A stretch of 20,000 nt of DNA, taken from IMG/VR virus record IMGVR_UViG_3300042447_000416; one strand, written 5' to 3'. The notes under the pieces are model-generated. The model saw nothing but the letters and a program-made list of their open reading frames with translations. It was not told where the DNA came from and did not search any database. The position numbers and the translations under genes are program-made. This stretch comes from an uncultured virus (IMG/VR IMGVR_UViG_3300042447_000416). Lineage: Duplodnaviria > Heunggongvirae > Uroviricota > Caudoviricetes. Positions 15,375-20,000 of the stretch are shown here, in pieces. Each line of letters starts with the position of its first letter. The stretch's first letter is position 1.

Positions 15375-15404
15375 TTGACATATTCTTGCTTACAATGGTA
15401 TGAT
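15375..15404 (+). promoter_or_regulatory. Sigma70-type promoter, rightward
   Basis: TTGACA (15375-15380), 18-bp spacer ending TGG, TATGAT (15399-15404), then SD AGGAGG at 15424-15429. Confidence 0.75.
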
Positions 15405-15437
15405 TATACTTCGCTATCTCTAAAGGAGGAAATGCCA

Positions 15438-15986
15438 ATGGAGAATATAAAGAAAAGCTTAAGCGATATTGTTCATCAATATGCTGCGATTATATTAACA
15501 GTAATGTTTTTATTTTCCAACACAGTTAATGCAACAAGTGCACAAGCTTTAATAGTACAACCAAAGACAGAAGTACAACTTAAGAAAGAAACCTTAGAGA
15601 AGTACAGCAATACTGTTTACAAGCCTTCACAAATGCTTTCAGACATTGAACTGAAAGAACTACTGCAAGCAGTAGGCTTTGAAGGAAAAGCCCTTAAAAC
15701 GGCTTGGGCCATTGCTAAGCGGGAGTCTAACGGACGACCACTAGCATATAATGGTAACAGGAATACTGGAGACAGTTCTTACGGAATTTTTCAGATCAAT
15801 ATGTTGGGTAAACTCGGCGTAGATCGTAAAGAAAAATTTGAATTAAAGTCAAACGAGTCATTGTTTGACCCAACTAAAAATGCAGAGATAGCGTATTACA
15901 TGACCGATGGCGGAATTGATTGGTCAGCTTGGAAGGGTTTAACCCCAAGAGCACAGGAATTTTATTTAAAGTTCCCAAACAGTTAG
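15438..15986 (+). CDS. Secreted lytic transglycosylase / lysozyme-like (SLT-fold) protein
   Basis: AWAIAKRESNG (catalytic Glu-Ser), SYGIFQIN, DPTKNAEIAY, DWSAW. N-terminal hydrophobic signal with AxA sites. Start reassigned to the ATG at 15438, 8 nt after AGGAGG. Confidence 0.85.
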   Translation: MENIKKSLSDIVHQYAAIILTVMFLFSNTVNATSAQALIVQPKTEVQLKKETLEKYSNTVYKPSQMLSDIELKELLQAVGFEGKALKTAWAIAKRESNGRPLAYNGNRNTGDSSYGIFQINMLGKLGVDRKEKFELKSNESLFDPTKNAEIAYYMTDGGIDWSAWKGLTPRAQEFYLKFPNS

Positions 15987-15998
15987 AAAGGAAGTGTA

Positions 15999-16214
15999 AT
16001 GAGGATACAGTACGTGTCTACTTACATTAAACTTTCTGAAGAGGGCCTTGTTCCTAAGCTTTTATGCCCACAGGATCAGGGCTCTCTTTTATGTAATGGA
16101 GACGGAGAGTCTCTTATATATCTATATTGCCTTGAATGTGATTATAAAAATACTATGGGCATATCCAAGTATGAAAATATAGTAGAATTAGTAGATGAAC
16201 AAAAAAGAATTTAA
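15999..16214 (+). CDS. Small hypothetical protein, possible zinc ribbon
   Basis: LLCPQDQ...YLYCLECDY; SD-like AAGGAAG upstream. Confidence 0.65.
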   Translation: MRIQYVSTYIKLSEEGLVPKLLCPQDQGSLLCNGDGESLIYLYCLECDYKNTMGISKYENIVELVDEQKRI

Positions 16215-16305
16215 TTTTGAGTATGACACAGTTTCCGAAACGGATGCTATGGGTAGAGAAATTTGGTGGTTAGATGCAGGAAGACCAGAAGACGGAAACA
16301 AATAA
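16195..16305 (+). CDS. 36-aa hypothetical protein (below the ORF-track cutoff)
   Basis: MNKKEFNFEYDTVSETDAMGREIWWLDAGRPEDGNK. Fills the gap and overlaps both neighbours. Confidence 0.5.
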   Translation: MNKKEFNFEYDTVSETDAMGREIWWLDAGRPEDGNK

Positions 16306-16498
16306 TTTAGAAGATAACCTGCCTATGGTTAACTATATAATGCTACACAGAATTTATGATTTACTAAGTCTTATTTCAAATAAAATAGTTGGATCGGAAG
16401 ATACGCAAAAAATGGTATCTTATCACGAAGCAGGGTACTTACTTGGGCCAGTTCCATCATTTTCACCAGCAGAAGATATAGATGATATCAAGAACTAA
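16274..16498 (+). CDS. Hypothetical protein
   Basis: ORF in the tightly packed plus-strand operon, SD-like GGTGG upstream, core LEDNLPMVNYIMLHRIYDLL. Exact start uncertain. Confidence 0.65.
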   Translation: MQEDQKTETNNLEDNLPMVNYIMLHRIYDLLSLISNKIVGSEDTQKMVSYHEAGYLLGPVPSFSPAEDIDDIKN

Positions 16499-17111
16499 TG
16501 TCTGGGCCAATGACGAAGACTTTAAAAAATGTTTTAAAGAATTTATGGCTATAGGAAATTTTGATAATTCTATAGAAGACCCAATTAATGAAAGGCTTTA
16601 TGTTTTACAACAATTTGCAAAAAGACAGCAGAGGCTAAATTCTAACTTTGTCGAAATAGGTGTTTATGCTGGAATGTCTATGTATTTTATGGCAGATTAT
16701 TGCAAAAAAATATTTGTAGGAATAGATTCATTTGAGGGTGTTTCGGAGCCAACCCCAGGAATAGATACTAATTATTTTGTTAAGGGTTCTCTATCCTGTG
16801 ATATTTCAAATGCAAAAAATTATTTAAATAAGTTTAACAATGTTGACTTACTTAAAGGTTGGGTTCCCGATGTTTTTAGTTTACTCCCAGAACTAGAATA
16901 CTCTTTGGTACACATTGACGTTGACCTTTACGCCCCTACAAAACAATCTATAGAATATTTTTGGGACAGATTGCTGCCCGACGGGGTTCTAATTTGTGAC
17001 GATTTTGGCTCAAGCAAAACCGTTGGGGCAAAAAAAGCAATGGTAGATTTTTTTGGAAGAGAAAACATAATTGAATTTAGTACGCAGCAGGCTTTTGTAA
17101 TTAAGCGTTGA
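16482..17111 (+). CDS. TylF/MycF/NovP-family SAM-dependent O-methyltransferase
   Basis: FVEIGVYAG, GIDSFEG, KGWVPD, LVHIDVDLYAPT and LLPDGVLICDDF motifs. Confidence 0.88.
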   Translation: MISRTNVWANDEDFKKCFKEFMAIGNFDNSIEDPINERLYVLQQFAKRQQRLNSNFVEIGVYAGMSMYFMADYCKKIFVGIDSFEGVSEPTPGIDTNYFVKGSLSCDISNAKNYLNKFNNVDLLKGWVPDVFSLLPELEYSLVHIDVDLYAPTKQSIEYFWDRLLPDGVLICDDFGSSKTVGAKKAMVDFFGRENIIEFSTQQAFVIKR

Positions 17112-17136
17112 CTTAATTCTGATAATATATTATAAT
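17108..17136 (+). promoter_or_regulatory. Near-consensus sigma70 promoter
   Basis: TTGACT (17108-17113), 17-bp spacer, TATAAT (17131-17136). Confidence 0.8.
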
Positions 17137-17142
17137 TAATAT

Positions 17143-17221
17143 TCAGGTTGAGATTGTAAAATTTCCCTGATTGCATGAAGATGCACAAACCCCTTACGGA
17201 TCCGCCTCTGTAGGGGGTTTG
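17143..17221 (+). ncRNA. Putative small structured RNA (three adjacent hairpins)
   Basis: Starts 7 nt after the -10. TCAGG-tt-GAGATT[GTAA]AATTTC-CCTGA; TGCAT[GAAG]ATGCA; CAAACCCCTTACGGA[TCCGCC]TCTGTAGGGGGTTTG. Confidence 0.6.
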
Positions 17222-17242
17222 CATGATATAATATATATTACT

Positions 17243-17386
17243 ATGGTGCACCATTTTGCTAACTTTATGAGAAGTCCACAATTCACTCATCCTCAAGTAT
17301 GTAAGGATGACTGTAAGCTTAAACACGGTAATAAAAATCATCAATCAAAATTTGAAAAATTTTTAAAAAGAATAGTGGGTAAATAA
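17243..17386 (+). CDS. 47-aa His/Cys-containing hypothetical protein
   Basis: ATG 17243 follows its own TGATATAAT (17224-17232). MVHHFANFMRSPQFTHPQVCKDDCKLKHG...; stop overlaps the next ATG (TAATG). Confidence 0.55.
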   Translation: MVHHFANFMRSPQFTHPQVCKDDCKLKHGNKNHQSKFEKFLKRIVGK

Positions 17387-18234
17387 TGTTTTACGACAGA
17401 GAAGACTGTATAAAAGCTTCATTTTTCCCAGATGATTACGGCACACAAAGCGGAGTGTTTATATTTAAAGGATTTTATACAGACGAAGAGTGCAAGACTG
17501 TAGAAGACGAGTTAAAAGATTACGATCTGAAACAAAAATATAGAGATACTTTAATCAGCTGGTATTCTAATAAAATTAGCCCCCCACTTGCTTCCATACA
17601 TCCACTTTGGGAAAAGGCAAGCGAGCTTTTGTATCCAGAGTATGTTATGCATCCTCAAGGCAACGTATTAATTATTACCCCAGAAATGAACGAGGGAATG
17701 TTTACACACTCTGATTCTCCTGGGAAAGGAGAATGTCACAGACTTTCCCAAGTAGACGTTTGGAAAACTTGTTGTGAATTAGATTTTGGCTTAGTTGCAT
17801 ATTTTGGAGATTTTGAAGGCGGAGAAATATTTTACGTAAACATAGACAAAGACGGAAACAGATCTGAAGGAGTTCCCGCAGCAAATAATTTAAAAATAAA
17901 GCCAGAAAGAGGAGATCTAATAATTCACGGGGCATTTTCGCCACACGCTCACGGAGTTAATCCAGTCACATCTGGTAGAAGATATGCTTTCTCAAACTTT
18001 GTGTTAAAGGCAGAAGATAATCCTGGATCTTTTTATAACTACAAGACTCCAGAGTACTATGAGCAAATTAAAGATAAAGATAATCTTACGCTAGAAGAAT
18101 TTACTGCCATATGGATGAAACCACTAAAAGAAAATCCTCAGTTTAGCAGAGATAGAATTCAAAAGTATCAGGCTTCTGGTCTAGAGGGTATAGAGCTATC
18201 TGATGCATATATGGGTGAATTTAAAGAACATTAA
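17386..18234 (+). CDS. 2OG-Fe(II) oxygenase superfamily protein
   Basis: GMFTHSDSPG (HxD), YFGDFEGGEIFY, KPERGDLIIH and distal HGVNPVTSGRRY. Confidence 0.85.
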   Translation: MFYDREDCIKASFFPDDYGTQSGVFIFKGFYTDEECKTVEDELKDYDLKQKYRDTLISWYSNKISPPLASIHPLWEKASELLYPEYVMHPQGNVLIITPEMNEGMFTHSDSPGKGECHRLSQVDVWKTCCELDFGLVAYFGDFEGGEIFYVNIDKDGNRSEGVPAANNLKIKPERGDLIIHGAFSPHAHGVNPVTSGRRYAFSNFVLKAEDNPGSFYNYKTPEYYEQIKDKDNLTLEEFTAIWMKPLKENPQFSRDRIQKYQASGLEGIELSDAYMGEFKEH

Positions 18235-18299
18235 ATACCATATAGTGCGAAAAAAAGTGCGTCGGCGAGAAGAACACATTTTAGTCAACTGTAATATAT

Positions 18300-18315
18300 T
18301 GTTTCATGTGAAACA
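18300..18315. promoter_or_regulatory. parS-like palindrome
   Basis: TGTTTCATGTGAAACA matches 15/16 of the bacterial parS consensus TGTTTCACGTGAAACA; intergenic. Confidence 0.7.
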
Positions 18316-18443
18316 TATTATCTAAACTACAGCAACTTCCTAGAATACCCCATATAAAGCCTCTACAGGCTCTCTAAGCCTTTACTAGGCTATTTGCCTA
18401 TGTCAGGACGGGGAGGGCCAAAATAACCCTTTACGTGAATATT

Positions 18444-18542
18444 CTACAATTTCCCAGAAGCAAGTAGGACGAGATATAGACTCATAAGCGACAAGGATAA
18501 TCTAATTAGGAATATATATACCTTAGATCTATTATAAGTCAT
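18444..18542 (-). CDS. 32-aa putative single-pass membrane micro-protein
   Basis: MTYNRSKVYIFLIRLSLSLMSLYLVLLASGKL; start overlaps the end of 18532..18669. Confidence 0.4.
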   Translation of the reverse strand: MTYNRSKVYIFLIRLSLSLMSLYLVLLASGKL

Positions 18543-18669
18543 CTTCGTCATCTATATCAAAGATATCTTTTATCCCGCCCATTTTTCTAATTTGATCAGC
18601 TATGAATATGCTTGCAGAAAAGAATATCAATGTAGGTATCATCCACCTTTTAAAATATTTTCTAATCAT
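18532..18669 (-). CDS. 45-aa putative membrane micro-protein with an acidic tail
   Basis: MIRKYFKRWMIPTLIFFSASIFIADQIRKMGGIKDIFDIDDEDDL. ATG lies 6 nt after a TATAAT. Confidence 0.6.
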   Translation of the reverse strand: MIRKYFKRWMIPTLIFFSASIFIADQIRKMGGIKDIFDIDDEDDL

Positions 18670-18675
18670 AGATTA

Positions 18676-18703
18676 ATTATACTATACATAATATTCTAGT
18701 CAA
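18676..18703 (-). promoter_or_regulatory. Sigma70-type promoter for a leaderless micro-ORF
   Basis: TTGACT (18703-18698), 16-bp spacer, TATAAT (18681-18676), 6 nt, ATG. Confidence 0.6.
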
Positions 18704-19361
18704 CTGCAATAATACTAAGTCTATCTGAAAACAATTTCCAAATCTTTTCCATATGCTCAGGCTTTAATCCATCTACTGGATGTGGAGCATCTGTATGTGT
18801 CATAGATGGAGTTAACTCAGGAACTCCTAATGAATCTAATATATCTTGTTGAGTAATAATTATCTCAAATCCAGCTTCACTTGAATACTTGTGTAATGCA
18901 GCCAAGAACTCTCTATTCTGATCTATCCTCTGCTCATGTGTGTAATATGGACTAATACCTTCATGCTTTAAAAGCATCTCAGTAAACTGAGGCAATGGCT
19001 CTATTACAACTACTTTAGAATTAGGGAAATTGTCCTTTATGTTCTGAATGAACGATTTTACCGTATTGTCCGCATTTTTATATTTAGGTAAAAATGTTCT
19101 AGTATCAACATATCCCATCCATAAGGCCAATATGCCATCATCTTTAATGATTGAGAATGGCTGTGGCATATGATTAACAGTTCTAGCAATTTCTACTCCA
19201 GAAGACATTTCATCTTCTTCCCGCATTTGCTCAACACTAAATCCATGCATTTTTTTAGCAGCTTTAGGCCAAGGAATAAATGTCACATCGTGCTTTTCTG
19301 GATAGTAATGCTCTATTGCCCTAGATAGATGACAATCACTAATCATATAAACATTTTTCAT
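18696..19361 (-). CDS. SGNH/GDSL-hydrolase-like protein, divergent
   Basis: VYMISDCH (block I-like), LWMGYVD (block III-like), KVVVIEPLP and TDAPHP..DGLKP (block V-like). Start reassigned to ATG 19361, directly after the upstream stop. Confidence 0.55.
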   Translation of the reverse strand: MKNVYMISDCHLSRAIEHYYPEKHDVTFIPWPKAAKKMHGFSVEQMREEDEMSSGVEIARTVNHMPQPFSIIKDDGILALWMGYVDTRTFLPKYKNADNTVKSFIQNIKDNFPNSKVVVIEPLPQFTEMLLKHEGISPYYTHEQRIDQNREFLAALHKYSSEAGFEIIITQQDILDSLGVPELTPSMTHTDAPHPVDGLKPEHMEKIWKLFSDRLSIIAVD

Positions 19362-19362
19362 A

Positions 19363-19914
19363 TTATATAAATTCCCGTCCTGCCGCAGCATATTGTCTTG
19401 TAAGAAAATCCTTTAATATATCATTACTCATAAAAATAATAGAAAATTTGGCTTGTAAATTTTCAACAGAATGGTCTTTGCCTTTTTTAAACCATACAAC
19501 ATCTCCAGCGTTTAATATAATTTTTGTTTCAAACTGTATTGAATCTGTTGGATTATCATAAAAAGTCCATTCTGATTTTCCCATGCATTGCCAATGTATT
19601 ACATCGGATTCATCTGAATGTTTAGTTGTTCCCTCCCCATCAATCCGTCCCTCTATAATTAAAGGTGTAGTTTTTACGCCATAGGTATTTGAGCATTCAT
19701 TTATAAAATTACTTACATTTTCGTTTTCAAGAAAATATTCAGGCAACTTTTTCATTGAAGCCAGAGATTTACCATCATCACTATTATTTACATCGGGCCT
19801 CCAGCTAAATGCTTTATCAAATAAAGATGCATCTGGTGGAGTAGCATAATTTCTAAATACTACGTAGTTATTTGTGTCAAGGATTGTACGTGCTTCTTTA
19901 GAATTTATTTTCAT
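19363..19914 (-). CDS. JmjC/cupin-fold oxygenase-like protein
   Basis: TKHSDESDVIHWQCMGKSEW (HxD) and LNAGDVVWFKKGKDHSVEN (distal His), as in Cupin_4/JmjC hydroxylases. Confidence 0.75.
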   Translation of the reverse strand: MKINSKEARTILDTNNYVVFRNYATPPDASLFDKAFSWRPDVNNSDDGKSLASMKKLPEYFLENENVSNFINECSNTYGVKTTPLIIEGRIDGEGTTKHSDESDVIHWQCMGKSEWTFYDNPTDSIQFETKIILNAGDVVWFKKGKDHSVENLQAKFSIIFMSNDILKDFLTRQYAAAGREFI

Positions 19915-19920
19915 TTATTA

Positions 19921-19929
19921 ATTATACCA
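19921..19929 (-). promoter_or_regulatory. Extended -10 promoter (TGGTATAAT), leaderless
   Basis: Exact TGnTATAAT 6 nt upstream of the ATG at 19914. Confidence 0.7.
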
Positions 19930-20000
19930 GTATATATTTTAGTTGACTGCTATTTAAGATTTATCAAAATGTTAATAAATTTTTAATTTGTATGATACAC

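Noticed and set aside
15241..15438. ORF 15241..15438 (-) and the 15300 start for the transglycosylase
   Set aside because: Both run across the divergent promoters and low-complexity DNA. The strong SD at 15424-15429 points to ATG 15438.
17143..17221. tRNA or tracrRNA/omega-RNA identity for the structured RNA
   Set aside because: No acceptor stem, T-loop or CCA, and no Cas9/IscB/TnpB gene or repeat complement in the window.
17171..17242. N-terminal extension of ORF 17171..17386, and antisense ORF 16928..17344
   Set aside because: TTG start without SD inside the hairpin RNA; a separate -10 precedes ATG 17243. The antisense ORF overlaps well-supported plus-strand features.
18428..18443. Second parS site (CCTTTACGTGAATATT)
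   Set aside because: Only the ACGTGAA core matches; too many mismatches in the arms.

Overview
AT-rich segment of a large tailed-phage genome. The host is most likely a freshwater actinobacterium; this is inferred from gene content, extended -10 and leaderless promoters, and a parS-like site. Bases 1-13143 (minus strand) hold a tail fibre/adhesin cluster with two Mtd_N-type fibres, Ala-rich fibre proteins and a putative holin. Two FN3/Ig proteins in the cluster each end in a Pro-Pro-Phe-Phe repeat followed by an atypical 153-aa Hint domain, and a prolyl-4-hydroxylase-like oxygenase follows one of them. A class II ribonucleotide reductase (nrdJ) lies upstream of the cluster. An AT-rich divergent-promoter region at about 15150-15430 may be an origin. 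The plus-strand block encodes a secreted lytic transglycosylase, small hypotheticals, a TylF-like O-methyltransferase, an apparent ~80-nt three-hairpin ncRNA and a second 2OG-Fe(II) oxygenase. A convergent intergenic region carries a parS-like palindrome. The last minus-strand block has two micro-ORFs, an SGNH-like protein and a JmjC/cupin oxygenase. The best leads are the PPFF-repeat/His-less Hint/oxygenase module, the small structured RNA, the parS site with its adjacent repeated motif, a G6-TC-G6 transcript start at the strand switch, and an EF-hand-bearing holin. All family calls come from motif recognition by eye; no searches were run.
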